NCBI GenBank assembly: GCA_947471565.1
Contig: CANIVT010000001.1
Span: forward strand, 407 to 64,406
DNA length: 64,000 nucleotides
Direction: 5' to 3'
DNA from: Spartobacteria bacterium
Lineage (GTDB): Bacteria > Verrucomicrobiota > Verrucomicrobiia > Chthoniobacterales > UBA6821
Below, piece by piece: positions 41,479 to 52,381 of the stretch (position 1 is the stretch's first letter; every line of letters begins with the position of its first letter). The position numbers were made by a program, and so were the translations under genes. Below the pieces are notes generated by a model. That model did no database searches. It was not told the DNA's origin and saw only the letters and a list, made by a program, of their open reading frames with translations.

Positions 41479-42401
41479 CCGGTGACTGATCGAGGAATTC
41501 TCCGACAGGAGGGGGGGCTGCGGCGAGCCGTAGCTTTGACTTTGAGTGGCCTTTTGGCAGGGAGATCCAGCAAGCCCGTTCTTGCCCTGTGGAAAAGCCA
41601 CTGCTGGACGTAGCCAGCAAAGGGGCCTAGCACTCGTTCCCCATAGCGCTCCAATTCTGCGGGGCTGGCCTTTCGGCGTCCGCGGAATGATCCGAGGATA
41701 CGGCCGATCCAGACATCGACCGGAACGACCTCGAGGCGTCCGTAGGCGAAGAGGAGGATACAGTTGGCGACTTTGCGCCCGATTCCCGGAAGGGAACAAA
41801 GGGCGTCGCGTGCCTCTTCCGTGGAGAGGTTCTCGATCGCTTCCGGATCAAATTCCCCGGAGGCGACAAGCCGGGCGGTGCCAAGCAGTCCCTTGGCACG
41901 GAATCCCAGGCCGCAGGCCCGGAGTTCCTCCTCGGTCGCCGCGGCCAACGCCGAGGCGGAGGGAAAGGCCGGAATGGGGGTGCCGGAAAGCGGTGTGCCG
42001 AAGCGTTCCCGCAGGGCGAGGCTCATCTGCCGGATATGGGCGACCTGCTTCATCGGGGAGAGGATGAAGGTGGCGAGGCATTCCCAATGTGGTTGGCGCA
42101 TGATGCGGAGGCCCCGGCACCCCAGCGAGGCCTCCCTGACAACGGGATGGTCGCAGGATGCCCTGATCGCCTCCAGATCGTGGTCGAGGGCGAGGTAATG
42201 TTGAAGTTCCATCACTCCGACCCCCCGGTACTCCAGCCTGTCGCCTTTCTGCCGCAGAAAAACGGCCGTGTCACCGATACACCCCGTCCAGCCATCGTCC
42301 AGTGCGGTCCAGTGGAAGGCCTGACCACTGTTCAGAGTCATGGCAAGATTGAGTTCAGGGGCCTGAATCACCCCAGGATTGGAGCGTGATGGCCCGCTCA
42401 T
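41475..42401 (-). CDS. 8-oxoguanine DNA glycosylase (OGG1 family)
   Basis: TLNSGQAF.W, GLRIMRQ..WE, GLGFRA, HhH PGIGRKVANC, PVDVW, AGY.QQ.LF. Confidence 0.9.
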   Translation of the reverse strand: MSGPSRSNPGVIQAPELNLAMTLNSGQAFHWTALDDGWTGCIGDTAVFLRQKGDRLEYRGVGVMELQHYLALDHDLEAIRASCDHPVVREASLGCRGLRIMRQPHWECLATFILSPMKQVAHIRQMSLALRERFGTPLSGTPIPAFPSASALAAATEEELRACGLGFRAKGLLGTARLVASGEFDPEAIENLSTEEARDALCSLPGIGRKVANCILLFAYGRLEVVPVDVWIGRILGSFRGRRKASPAELERYGERVLGPFAGYVQQWLFHRARTGLLDLPAKRPLKVKATARRSPPSCRRIPRSVTG

Positions 42402-43810
42402 TCCCCCGGATCGCTCCCGTCGTGGATCGCGGGTGTGCCGTAAAGGGTCGAGCTGCTGGCGGAGGTGATCTCCACGTCGAAAATCTGTCCGTGGAAGCGG
42501 CGGCCTCCCTCAAAGATCACTATCTTGTTGGTGCGGGTACGACCGGCCAGGCGCGATGGGTCATTCCTGCTCGGGCCCTCGCAGAGGATTTCCTGCCGTG
42601 TTCCGACGCAGGCTTCGAGGATGCGCGAGGCGGAGGTATTCACGACGGAGAGAAGATCCTGATTGCGAGACTCCTTCTCTTCCTCCGTCAGCTGTTCCTC
42701 CATCAGGGCAGCGGGGGTGTCGCCGCGTTTGGAGTAGCGGAAGATGAAGGCCCCGTCGAAGCCGAGTTCCTCCGCCAGATCACGGGAGGCACGATAATCC
42801 TCTTCGGTCTCCCCGGGGAATCCGACGATGATGTCGGTGGTGATGGCAATGCCGGGGCGCGCCTCGCGGAGGGCTGCGACGAGTTTCCGGTAGGAGGCCG
42901 CCGTGTAGGGGCGGTGCATGGCCTTGAGGATCCGATCCGAGCCTGACTGGAGCGGCAGGTGGACATGTTCCATGAGTTTGGGGAGGCGTGCGAAGCTCTC
43001 CACGAGATCCTTGCGAAAACCCATCGGGTGGGGTGAGGTGAAGCGGATGCGGTCGAGTCCATCGACCTCGTGCAGGGCCTCGATGAGCTGCACAAAGGGA
43101 CTCTTGTCGCCGACTTTCGGGAACTCATGGCGGCCGTAGAGGTTCACGATCTGGCCGAGAAGGGTCACCTCGCGGACACCCCGCTCTACTAGGGTCCTGG
43201 CCTCCGCCACGATCTCGGCGATAGGGCGTCCCCGTTCCTCGCCTCGCGTTGTCGGAACGATGCAGAAGGTGCAGTGCATGTTGCAGCCCTGCATGATCGA
43301 GATGAAGGCGGTCGCCTCCTTCTTTGTCTCCGGGAGATGATCACGGATCGTGTTCTGGGAGCCGGCTTCGGCGGCAATATCGACAATCGGTGTGATTGGA
43401 TTGATTGCGGATCCGAGTTCCGCGGTATCCTCCTGGGCAAAAGCCTCTTCTCTCTTGCGAAGTGCCTCCTCCACGTACTCGGCGACACGGTGGAACTTCT
43501 GGGTGCCGACGACTAGGTCGACGTGCGGCGAGTGCTTTTCCAATCCCTCCCCGAGTCGCTGGGCCATGCACCCCATGTAGCCGAGGACAAGTTTCGGTCG
43601 CTCACGACGGAGTTTTTTGAGCATCCCCATTTTTCCGATCGCCTTCTGCTCGGCCATCTCGCGGACGCTACAGGTGTTGAGCAGGATGACGTCGGCCTCC
43701 TGCTCGCGCTGGACGAGACGGTGTCCCCGGTCCTGGAGGTCGCGGGCCACCTGCTCCGAGTCCCGCTCGTTCATCTGGCATCCGTAGGTCTTAATGAAGA
43801 CGTTGGGCAT
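42398..43810 (-). CDS. miaB: tRNA methylthiotransferase MiaB
   Basis: TYGCQMN, NTCSVRE, CNMHCTFC, RFTSPHP, C-terminal TRAM domain. Confidence 0.96.
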   Translation of the reverse strand: MPNVFIKTYGCQMNERDSEQVARDLQDRGHRLVQREQEADVILLNTCSVREMAEQKAIGKMGMLKKLRRERPKLVLGYMGCMAQRLGEGLEKHSPHVDLVVGTQKFHRVAEYVEEALRKREEAFAQEDTAELGSAINPITPIVDIAAEAGSQNTIRDHLPETKKEATAFISIMQGCNMHCTFCIVPTTRGEERGRPIAEIVAEARTLVERGVREVTLLGQIVNLYGRHEFPKVGDKSPFVQLIEALHEVDGLDRIRFTSPHPMGFRKDLVESFARLPKLMEHVHLPLQSGSDRILKAMHRPYTAASYRKLVAALREARPGIAITTDIIVGFPGETEEDYRASRDLAEELGFDGAFIFRYSKRGDTPAALMEEQLTEEEKESRNQDLLSVVNTSASRILEACVGTRQEILCEGPSRNDPSRLAGRTRTNKIVIFEGGRRFHGQIFDVEITSASSSTLYGTPAIHDGSDPGE

Positions 43811-43825
43811 GGGGGAAAGGAGGGT

Positions 43826-43942
43826 GTGAAATGTTAAAAAAGTTACAAGGGTTAAAAGGTTTCCGAGGATCGGGGGTCAGGAAGCAACAATGGATGCACG
43901 GCCTCCATGGTTTTAACTTTTCAACTTTTTAACCTTTTAACT
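43826..43942. repeat. Octamer-period (GTTAAAAA-type) inverted-repeat element
   Basis: gtgaaat-gttaaaaaa-gttacaagg-gttaaaag ... ttttaac-ttttcaac-tttttaac-cttttaac; the right arm includes the upstream gene's stop. Confidence 0.8.
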
Positions 43943-46564
43943 GCCCGGCTGAGGGGAGACCTCCGAGGGTTGCGGGGAGACATCCGATCCGCCGACGGAG
44001 GCCTCTTCACGAGGTTTCTCACCCGAAGGTTTGTTTCTCCCTCTCGGATCGACCCGCTTCAGGCCGATACGCTGGCCGGCGGCCTCGATGAGTTGGGCGG
44101 TGCGCTTCTTGAGACGGCGTCCGATCGACCAGATGAAGAGCATCGTGGAGGCGTAGATGATTCCCGGCCAGAACAGTTCATGTCCGGCAGCCACCCAGTA
44201 GATGAGGAAGCTGAGGAAAAGGAAGTTCAGCAGGAAGGTGGTCGCCACCATCCGGGTGGTGAGTCGGACGCGGGTGAGGCACTTGGGACCGCCATGGTAT
44301 TCCGTGACGCTCCTCATCGTGACGCCCCACCAGAAACTTCCGTAGATCTGGACGTCCCATTCTTTCCAACCCGTGTCGGTCGAGTAACTCCAGCCTTCCT
44401 TCTCAAGGGCCTCGATGACCGAGTTGAGGAGCAGTTCGCGTCCCTTGCCCTCCTCGTTCCAAAAGACGAGTTTGGAGAGGCCGCGTATGTTGCTCGGAGT
44501 GAAGTCCTTCTCCTTGGCGGCGATGACCGACTCGGGGGTGCGCTTGAATTTCAGCCACGTGAAGTAGCGGGCCCATCCGCGCACGAGCGGCTGGGAGAGG
44601 GCCAGGAAGGCCACGAGCAGGCGGGCCCGGATTGTATCAAAGCGGGGTTCCAGCTTCGCGTGGATCATGTAGGAGAGGGCCACGAGGAACGTCCCTCCGA
44701 ACATCAGGTAGGCCACGATGCGGAGCGCTGGGAACGGGATCGAGAGAAGCAGCAGGAATGAAGTGAGGGTGACCCACTCGATGCTGCTCAGGTAGGCCGC
44801 CAATTCCGACTGCGGTGTCGGATAGATGCACTGGAAGAGTCCCTCGCCAAAGACTCCGTGGTAGATGACGGGCTTGTTGATCAGCCAAGTGAAGCGCGGA
44901 GCCCCGTAGATCTGCCCCTTCCATTTTGCGGTGCCGGTGGGGCCGAAGAAGACGAGATGCTTGAAGCGCAGGAGCGACTCGGCCTCGCCGTACCCCTCCT
45001 GTTGTTTGCGGAAGGCCTTGAGGGTGAAACGGCGGTAGTGCCAGACGATGGCCGAAGGACTGAAGGCGATCACCTGGCCCTCCTGCTGAAGACGCCAGCA
45101 GAAGTCAACGTCGTCGCCGGCCTTGCGGTATTCGGGATCGAAGCCGCCGACTTTGTCAAAGGCCCAACGGTGGAAAGCCATGTTGCAGCCCGGAATGTGC
45201 TCGGCCACCACGTCGGTGAGCAGGACATGGCTGGGGCCGCCGGGGGCCGCCGCAACACAGGCCTGATGCCAGTTCTGCGCGGGCGGGGAGATGTTCGGGC
45301 CGCCGACACCCGCATAGTCGCCTGAAAGAAGTGTGCCGACGAGGTAGTAAAGCCAGTCGGGATCGGCCATGCAGTCGCTGTCTGTGTAGGCAATGATCTC
45401 TCCGGAGGCATGGGCGGCGCCGACATTGCGGGCGACACTCAGGCCCATGTTGGGCTGGTGGATTGTTTTCACCCACGGGTGGTGGGAGACGATTTCCTTG
45501 GTATTATCCTTGGAGCCGTCGTCGACGAGCACCACCTCGTAGTCGGGATAGTTTAGCTTCTTGAGCGAGCGCAGGCAGGCCTCGAGGGTCTGTCCGCCGT
45601 TGTAACTGCAGACGATCACGGAAACTTTCGGGAAGCGCTGGAGCGGCGCAGCGTTGACGATGGTGCCCTGTTTCGTGAAAAAGCCTCGAACGGTTTCGAG
45701 CGCCTTCTTGGGAGTGCGGTCCCTGCGGACCAAGCCGAAAGCCCAGTCGAGAATCTCGTTGCCGCCGCGGTGCCACTCGTCGGTCCAGGCGTAAAGGATC
45801 GTGCCTGCCAGGCCGCCGCGGACCACCGCGTCGAGGTGCCAGCTAATCATCTCCGCCTGCTCCTCTTCGGTATGGCGGATCGTGTCCATGCCGAACTCAC
45901 CCATCATGAGGGGCTTGTCATCGGCAAGGTTCTGCAGGCGGCCCAAGTAGCGCTCGAAGTCCTCGCGACGGTGCAGATAGACGTTGAAGGTCAGGAAATC
46001 AACATTCTGCGGCAGCAGATACTCCGTTGGCGGATAGCTGGCGTAGGAGTAAAGTGCACGGGGATCCTCGCGACGGGCGATGTTGACCAGATGCTCGACA
46101 AATTCGGTGACCCGCTTCGCCCCGAGCCAGCGGACCATGGAGGAGGGGATCTCATTGCCCAGCAGGTATCCGAAGATGGCGTGGTGTCCCTTGTGCTCCC
46201 GGACGGCCTCGATGACAGCCTTCTCAACGGAAGCGCGCAACTTTGAGTCGTTCAGGAATTCGACATGCTCCATCCAGGCGATGCTCAGGAGAACCCGGAC
46301 TCCGTTCTCGAGGCAGAGATCAAGGAACCACCGCGGGGGATTGGTGTAGATGCGGACGAGGTTCGCCCCGCTCTGACGAATGGCGGCAAGATCCTTCGCG
46401 GCCTGCTCCCTGGGGCCGAACTGGAACCCCTCCGCATCGGGCGCAAAGGGTCCGTAGGTGACGCCCTTCACAAAAAACTTCTTCTCTCCCTCAAAGAAGA
46501 ACTTGGACCGGACGGTAATTCGTTCGGTCATGAGAGGGGCGTTGGAGTTCGATTCGGAAGGCAC
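43937..46564 (-). CDS. Fusion protein: clan GH-A (GH2-like) TIM barrel + GT2 glycosyltransferase + membrane domain
   Basis: GANLVRIY, GNEIP, GEFG, WTDEW; then VSVIVCSYN, VDDGS, TDSD, GDDVDFCWR; C-terminal TMs. Confidence 0.85.
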   Translation of the reverse strand: MPSESNSNAPLMTERITVRSKFFFEGEKKFFVKGVTYGPFAPDAEGFQFGPREQAAKDLAAIRQSGANLVRIYTNPPRWFLDLCLENGVRVLLSIAWMEHVEFLNDSKLRASVEKAVIEAVREHKGHHAIFGYLLGNEIPSSMVRWLGAKRVTEFVEHLVNIARREDPRALYSYASYPPTEYLLPQNVDFLTFNVYLHRREDFERYLGRLQNLADDKPLMMGEFGMDTIRHTEEEQAEMISWHLDAVVRGGLAGTILYAWTDEWHRGGNEILDWAFGLVRRDRTPKKALETVRGFFTKQGTIVNAAPLQRFPKVSVIVCSYNGGQTLEACLRSLKKLNYPDYEVVLVDDGSKDNTKEIVSHHPWVKTIHQPNMGLSVARNVGAAHASGEIIAYTDSDCMADPDWLYYLVGTLLSGDYAGVGGPNISPPAQNWHQACVAAAPGGPSHVLLTDVVAEHIPGCNMAFHRWAFDKVGGFDPEYRKAGDDVDFCWRLQQEGQVIAFSPSAIVWHYRRFTLKAFRKQQEGYGEAESLLRFKHLVFFGPTGTAKWKGQIYGAPRFTWLINKPVIYHGVFGEGLFQCIYPTPQSELAAYLSSIEWVTLTSFLLLLSIPFPALRIVAYLMFGGTFLVALSYMIHAKLEPRFDTIRARLLVAFLALSQPLVRGWARYFTWLKFKRTPESVIAAKEKDFTPSNIRGLSKLVFWNEEGKGRELLLNSVIEALEKEGWSYSTDTGWKEWDVQIYGSFWWGVTMRSVTEYHGGPKCLTRVRLTTRMVATTFLLNFLFLSFLIYWVAAGHELFWPGIIYASTMLFIWSIGRRLKKRTAQLIEAAGQRIGLKRVDPRGRNKPSGEKPREEASVGGSDVSPQPSEVSPQPGS

Positions 46565-46576
46565 GGGCGGGAACGA

Positions 46577-49500
46577 TCAGGCGTGGTGTTCCTGGAGCGA
46601 CTTCACCTCCAGCGGCTTCTCGGCGATCGAGCGGATGGCTTGGACGCTGGCGGCGGCGGCGCGGAGCGTGGTCATGATCGGGATGCGGTTGCCTACGGCG
46701 GTAGCGCGGATCACCACCTCGTCGGCGCGCGGTTGCTTGCCGGCCGGGGTGTTGATGATGAAGTGCATCTCCCCGTTCTTGATCATGTCGACGACATTGG
46801 GCCGTCCCTGAGCGAGCTTGTTGAGGCGGGTGACGGCGATGTCCTTCTGTTGCAGGAGTGCAGCAGTGCCATCGGTGGCGTGAATGGTGAAACCGAGATC
46901 GGCGAACTCCTTCACGATCGGGACGATCGCCTGCTTGTCGCTGTCCTTGACGCTGACAAAGAGATTTCCCTTCTGGGGAAGCGCCGGGGCGGCGGCCATC
47001 TGAGCCTTGGCATAGGCTCTGGGGAAGTCGGTATCGATTCCCATGACTTCTCCGGTGGATCGCATCTCGGGACCAAGGGTGATGTCGATGCCGGGGAACT
47101 TGATGAAGGGGAAGACGGCTTCCTTGACGCTGAAGTGCTTCGGGATGACTTCCTTGGTGAATCCAAGTTCCTGAAGCGTCTTTCCGGCCATGATTTTGGC
47201 AGCCATCTTGGCGAGGGGAACCCCGATCGCCTTGCTGACGAAGGGCGACGTTCTCGATGCACGGGGATTGACCTCGAGCACGTAGACATCCTCGTCCTTG
47301 ACCGCATATTGGACGTTCATGAGGCCGCGGACGTCGAGTTCCAGGGCCATCGCCTTGGTGGCCGAGCGGATGGACTCGAGCACCTTGGGTGAGAGAGAAA
47401 CCGTCGGCAGGACACAGGCGCTATCGCCACTATGGATGCCGGCCTCTTCGATGTGCTCCATGATACCACCGATCACACATTCCTTGCCGTCGGCGAGGCA
47501 GTCGACATCGACCTCGGTGGCGTCCTCGAGGAAGCGGTCGACGAGGATCGGGCGCTCGGGGCTGACCTCGACGGCCGTCCGGATGTAACGGCGGAGATCC
47601 TCCTCGGTGTAGACGATTTCCATGGCGCGTCCTCCCAGCACGAAGGAGGGACGGACGAGCACGGGGTAGCCGACCTTGTTCGCCACGGCGACGGCCTCTT
47701 CCTCGTTGGTCGCGGTGCCGCCGGATGTCTGTCGCAGCTTCAGCTTATCGATCATTGCGGCAAAGTGCTTGCGGTCCTCGGCCATCTCGATGTTCTTGGG
47801 CTGGGTGCCGATGATGGTTACACCGCGTTCCTGCAGGGCGGCGGCGAGGTTCAGCGGGGTCTGGCCGCCGAACTGGACAACGGCGGCGTCACACTGCTCG
47901 CGCTCGTAGATGTTCAGCACGTCCTCAAGGGTGAGGGGCTCGAAGAAGAGTTTGTCGCTGGTGTCGTAGTCGGTCGAGACGGTCTCGGGGTTCGAATTGA
48001 CCATGATGGTCTCGAAGCCTTCCTCCTTCAGCGCGAAGGCGGCATGGACGCAGCAGTAGTCAAACTCGATGCCCTGTCCGATGCGGTTGGGCCCTCCGCC
48101 GAGGATCATCACCTTTTTTTTGGTACCCTTGCGGGTCTCATCCTCGTCGCCGTAGGTGGAGTAGAAGTAGGGGGTCGCTGCCTCGAACTCGGCGGCACAG
48201 GTGTCGACAAGGCGGTAGGTGGGCTCGACGCCGTCGGCCTTCCGCTTGTCGCGGATGGCATCTTCGGTCGTACCGGTGATCTGTGCGAGCTGGCGGTCGG
48301 AGAACCCGAGCTTCTTCGCCCTGCGGAGATCGATCCTGGCGGGATGCTTGCGGAATGCCTGCTCCTCCTCGACGAGTTCCTGAATGTTGTCGAGGAACCA
48401 CGGGTCGACCGCGCTGATCTCGTGGATCTTTTTTGCGGTGAAGCCGGCGAGGAAAGCGTGGCGGAGGGTGAAGATCCGCTCGGCATTAGGAATGCGGAGG
48501 AGCTGTTCGATGCGGTCGGTGTCCCACGATCCGTCTTCCTTGCGCGGTTCGAGATCCTTCGGGTCGGAGCCGAGTCCGGCGCGTCCGGTCTCGAGCGAAC
48601 GGAGCGCCTTCTGGAGGGCCTGCTTAAAGGTGCGGCCGATCGACATCGCCTCGCCGACGCTCTTCATCTGGCTGGTCAACGTAGGGTCAGCTTTCGGGAA
48701 CTTCTCGAAGGTGAAGCGCGGAATCTTGACGACGCAATAGTCGATGGTCGGCTCGAAGCAGGCGGTCGTGGTTCGGGTGATGTCGTTCTTGAGTTCGTCG
48801 AGGCGGTAGCCGACGGCGAGCTTCGCGGCGATCTTAGCGATCGGGTAGCCTGTGGCCTTGGAGGCGAGTGCCGAGGAACGGGAGACACGGGGATTCATCT
48901 CGATGACGATCTGTCGGCCGGTCTTGGGATCCACGGCGAACTGGATATTCGATCCGCCGGTCTCCACGCCGATTGCCCGGATGACGGCGAAGGAGGCGTC
49001 GCGCATCTTCTGATACTCGACATCGGTCAGCGTCTGGATCGGGGCGACGGTGATCGAATCGCCCGTGTGAACACCCATCGGGTCTAGGTTCTCGATGGAA
49101 CAGACAACGATGCAGTTATCGGCCTTGTCACGGATGACCTCCATCTCGAATTCTTTCCACCCGAGGAGCGATTCCTCGATAAGGACCTCGGTCGTGGGGG
49201 ACATGTCGAGGCCGCGCCGGGCGATGGTCTCGAGTTCCTCGCGGTTATAGGCGATGCCGCCTCCCGCACCGCCGAGGGTGAAAGCGGGACGGATAATGAG
49301 CGGATAGCGCCCGATCTTTTTGGCGATCTCGAAGACCTCGTCGATCGTGTGGGCGGCTCCGGACTCGGCAACTTCCAGACCGATCTCAATCATGATCTCC
49401 TTGAAGAGTGTGCGGTCCTCCCCGCGCTTGATCGCCTCGGCATTGGCGCCGATGAGGCGGACCTTGTGCTTCTCGAGAACGCCGGAGTGGACAAGTTCCA

Positions 49501-49798
49501 TGGCGGCGTTGAGCGCCGTCTGGCCGCCGAGGGTCGGCAGCAGAGCATCGGGCTTCTCCCGTTCGATGATCTTCTCGATGATCGCCGGGGTGATCGGCTC
49601 GATGTAGGTCCGACCCGCGAACTCCGGGTCGGTCATGATGGTGGCCGGATTGGAGTTCACCAGCACCACGTCGTAGCCCTCCTCCGCGAGGGACTTGCAT
49701 GCCTGCACGCCGGAGTAGTCAAACTCGCATCCCTGGCCGATCACGATGGGGCCGGCGCCGATGAGGAGGATTTTCTTGATCGAGGTGTCTTTGGGCAT
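46577..49798 (-). CDS. carB: Carbamoyl-phosphate synthase large subunit
   Basis: [47 protein letters not shown]. Confidence 0.98.
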   Translation of the reverse strand: MPKDTSIKKILLIGAGPIVIGQGCEFDYSGVQACKSLAEEGYDVVLVNSNPATIMTDPEFAGRTYIEPITPAIIEKIIEREKPDALLPTLGGQTALNAAMELVHSGVLEKHKVRLIGANAEAIKRGEDRTLFKEIMIEIGLEVAESGAAHTIDEVFEIAKKIGRYPLIIRPAFTLGGAGGGIAYNREELETIARRGLDMSPTTEVLIEESLLGWKEFEMEVIRDKADNCIVVCSIENLDPMGVHTGDSITVAPIQTLTDVEYQKMRDASFAVIRAIGVETGGSNIQFAVDPKTGRQIVIEMNPRVSRSSALASKATGYPIAKIAAKLAVGYRLDELKNDITRTTTACFEPTIDYCVVKIPRFTFEKFPKADPTLTSQMKSVGEAMSIGRTFKQALQKALRSLETGRAGLGSDPKDLEPRKEDGSWDTDRIEQLLRIPNAERIFTLRHAFLAGFTAKKIHEISAVDPWFLDNIQELVEEEQAFRKHPARIDLRRAKKLGFSDRQLAQITGTTEDAIRDKRKADGVEPTYRLVDTCAAEFEAATPYFYSTYGDEDETRKGTKKKVMILGGGPNRIGQGIEFDYCCVHAAFALKEEGFETIMVNSNPETVSTDYDTSDKLFFEPLTLEDVLNIYEREQCDAAVVQFGGQTPLNLAAALQERGVTIIGTQPKNIEMAEDRKHFAAMIDKLKLRQTSGGTATNEEEAVAVANKVGYPVLVRPSFVLGGRAMEIVYTEEDLRRYIRTAVEVSPERPILVDRFLEDATEVDVDCLADGKECVIGGIMEHIEEAGIHSGDSACVLPTVSLSPKVLESIRSATKAMALELDVRGLMNVQYAVKDEDVYVLEVNPRASRTSPFVSKAIGVPLAKMAAKIMAGKTLQELGFTKEVIPKHFSVKEAVFPFIKFPGIDITLGPEMRSTGEVMGIDTDFPRAYAKAQMAAAPALPQKGNLFVSVKDSDKQAIVPIVKEFADLGFTIHATDGTAALLQQKDIAVTRLNKLAQGRPNVVDMIKNGEMHFIINTPAGKQPRADEVVIRATAVGNRIPIMTTLRAAAASVQAIRSIAEKPLEVKSLQEHHA

Positions 49799-49982
49799 GT
49801 CGGTTTCGGAAAAAAGCGTGGAATTGGAAAGTGTCGGACGGAGACCGTGACGGCCAACCATTCAAACCGCCTCCCGTCGGGTGGTCAAACGTGGAGTCAG
49901 GAAATTAGGATTTCGGTGATAAGGATTCAGCACGGACCCTACCCTCCTTGCAAAACATGGCAGCCTGTGAAAGGCTCTCATC

Positions 49983-50066
49983 ATGATTCAGGGCATCTCC
50001 TCCATCCTGGTTGCCGGCAAAGGCCGCGCATTCCGCGCTGGCGGCCTGCTGCTTCTTGCCCTCTAA
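49983..50066 (+). CDS. Putative leuA leader peptide MIQGISSILVAGKGRAFRAGGLLLLAL (27 aa)
   Basis: Ends CTG CTG CTT CTT GCC CTC TAA, 45 nt upstream of leuA. Confidence 0.75.
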   Translation: MIQGISSILVAGKGRAFRAGGLLLLAL

Positions 50067-50085
50067 TTTTCTTGGAGCGGCCCTT

Positions 50086-50110
50086 GATCCGGTCGTTCCG
50101 GATCCTTTCC
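50086..50110 (+). promoter_or_regulatory. Hairpin between the leader peptide and the leuA start
   Basis: GATCCGG-tcgtt-CCGGATC followed by CTTTCC. Confidence 0.5.
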
Positions 50111-50111
50111 T

Positions 50112-51665
50112 ATGAATAACGACCGAGTTCTCATCTTCGACACCACCCTGCGCGACGGCGAGCAGTGCCCTGGTGCCTCCATGAATCTGCGCGAGAAGCT
50201 GGAGATCGCCCGGCAGTTGGCCCGCCTCAAGGTTGATATCATCGAGGCAGGATTTCCCGTCATTAGTGATGGTGATTTCGAGGCCGTGCATACGATTGCC
50301 TCGGAAGTGAAGGGGCCTGTTATTTGCGGTCTGGCCCGATGTGTGCCCAAGGATATCGAGGCTGCCGGAAAGGCGCTCCTGCCCGCTGGGAACAAGGGTC
50401 GCATCCATGTCTTCCTCGCCACCTCCAAGATCCACCGCGAGCACAAACTCAAGAAAGCCAACGAGGAGATCCTGCGCTTGGCCGCGGAAGGGGTGCGTCA
50501 GGCCAAGTCCTTCACCGCTGATGTGGAGTTCTCACCTGAGGATGCCTCCCGTACCGAGCCGGAGTTTCTGGCAGAGGTTGTGCAGGCTGCAATCGAGGCT
50601 GGCGCCACCACGGTCAATATCCCCGACACCGTCGGCTACGCGATGCCCGGTCAGTACGCCGACCTGATCACCTACCTGCGCAACCATGTCCGAGACATCG
50701 CCAAGGCGGTGATCAGTGTCCATTGCCATGACGATCTCGGCATGGCCGTGGCGAATTCTCTCGCGGCCGTGCAGGCTGGTGCCCGACAAGTCGAAGGGAC
50801 ATTCAATGGTATCGGCGAGCGTGCCGGCAACGCGGCGCTCGAGGAGGTCGTCATGGCGATCAAGACCCGTCCCGATGTCTATGCTGGACTTTCCACGGGG
50901 ATCGAGACCCGCGAGATCCTCAAGACCTCCCGGCTCATCAGTCGCTTGAGTGGCCTGCAGGTCGCCCGCAGCAAGGCTATCATCGGAGAAAATGCCTTTG
51001 CTCATGGTTCCGGAATCCACCAGGACGGCATCCTCAAGATGCGTGAGACCTATGAGATCATGGATCCTGTCGAGGTGGGCTGGGGTGGCACGGAACTTCC
51101 GCTGACCAAGCATAGCGGTCGCCATGCCATGGTGGTGCGTCTGGAGCACCTTGGCTTCCATCTCACCGAGGAAGAGATCGCCTCCGTCTTTGCCCGCTTC
51201 AAGGAATTGGGCGACAAGAAGAAGTTCGTCTACGACGACGATCTGGTCGCCTTGGCTGGGGATTCCGTTGCAGGGGATGCGGGTGCCTATGCTCTACAGT
51301 CGCTCCAGGTGGTCTGTGGTGGAAGTTCCGTCCCCACGGCCGATGTCATCCTCTCGCACCATGGGAAGACCGTCTCGGTCACGAGTCCCGGTAACGGCGC
51401 TGTCGATGCCGCCATGAAGGCGATCGACAAGATCACGGGTAAGACAGGTCATCTGGCCGTCTATCTTGTGGAGGCTGTCACCGAGGGACAGGACGCCTTG
51501 GGTGAGGTGACTCTCAAGGTCGATTTTGGTGACGGTATCCTCATCACCGGCAAGGGTGCTTCCACTGACGTGATCGAGGCCTCCGCCCGTGCTTATGTGA
51601 ATGCCATCAACCGCGCCCTGCTCATGCAGCAACCCAAGCCCGGCATCACTAAGCCGATGGTTTGA
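50112..51665 (+). CDS. leuA: 2-isopropylmalate synthase
   Basis: [31 protein letters not shown]-terminal regulatory domain GNG.VDA. Confidence 0.97.
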   Translation: MNNDRVLIFDTTLRDGEQCPGASMNLREKLEIARQLARLKVDIIEAGFPVISDGDFEAVHTIASEVKGPVICGLARCVPKDIEAAGKALLPAGNKGRIHVFLATSKIHREHKLKKANEEILRLAAEGVRQAKSFTADVEFSPEDASRTEPEFLAEVVQAAIEAGATTVNIPDTVGYAMPGQYADLITYLRNHVRDIAKAVISVHCHDDLGMAVANSLAAVQAGARQVEGTFNGIGERAGNAALEEVVMAIKTRPDVYAGLSTGIETREILKTSRLISRLSGLQVARSKAIIGENAFAHGSGIHQDGILKMRETYEIMDPVEVGWGGTELPLTKHSGRHAMVVRLEHLGFHLTEEEIASVFARFKELGDKKKFVYDDDLVALAGDSVAGDAGAYALQSLQVVCGGSSVPTADVILSHHGKTVSVTSPGNGAVDAAMKAIDKITGKTGHLAVYLVEAVTEGQDALGEVTLKVDFGDGILITGKGASTDVIEASARAYVNAINRALLMQQPKPGITKPMV

Positions 51666-51745
51666 GAAATTGAAAATCTGAAATCTGAATAAGAATCTTT
51701 CGAAAGACTCCATCACCCATTCCCGATTACCCATCACCCAATCAT
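51666..51745. repeat. Two heptamer tandem tracts between leuA and lemA
   Basis: AAATTGA-AAATCTG-AAATCTG and CCATCAC-CCATTCC-CGATTAC-CCATCAC. Confidence 0.6.
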
Positions 51746-51746
51746 C

Positions 51747-52361
51747 ATGAACAAAACCCTCCTTATCGTCCTTGGTGTCCTCGTCGTCATCATCCTGGCC
51801 GCCATCTCCAGCTACAACGGGCTGATCGGCTCCGCGCAAGCAGTCGATGCCTCGTGGGCCCAGGTCCAGAATGTCTACCAACGCCGTGCCGACCTGATCC
51901 CGAACCTTGTCCAGACCGTGCAGGGAGCGGCTAACTTTGAGAAATCGACGATCGTTCAGGTCACCGAGGCCCGTGCCTCCGTCGGCAAGGTGCAGATCAA
52001 TCAGAACCAGGCACCAGCCGATGCCGCCCAACTCGCCCAGTATCAACAGGCGCAGGGTCAGCTTGGCACGGCGCTCTCCCGTCTCCTCGTCGTGGCGGAG
52101 AACTATCCGGATCTCAAGGCATCAGCCAATTTCCGTGACCTGCAGGCCCAGCTTGAGGGAACCGAGAACCGCATCACCGTGGAGAGAGGGCGATTCAACG
52201 CCGCCGTGCAGGAATACAACACGAAGATCAAGACCCTTCCGACCGTCTTCTTTGCTGGCTTCCTCGGCTTCCAGCCCAAGCCTTACTTTCAGTCGATGGC
52301 GGGTGCCGAGACCGCTCCCGCCGTGAAGTTCGACTTCAGTGCTGCTCCGGCAGCCAAGTAA
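51747..52361 (+). CDS. lemA: LemA family protein
   Basis: YN, QRRADLIPNLV, ENYPDLKA, LEGTENRI. Confidence 0.95.
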   Translation: MNKTLLIVLGVLVVIILAAISSYNGLIGSAQAVDASWAQVQNVYQRRADLIPNLVQTVQGAANFEKSTIVQVTEARASVGKVQINQNQAPADAAQLAQYQQAQGQLGTALSRLLVVAENYPDLKASANFRDLQAQLEGTENRITVERGRFNAAVQEYNTKIKTLPTVFFAGFLGFQPKPYFQSMAGAETAPAVKFDFSAAPAAK

Positions 52362-52381
52362 GAAGGTTTTCACGAACCGCC

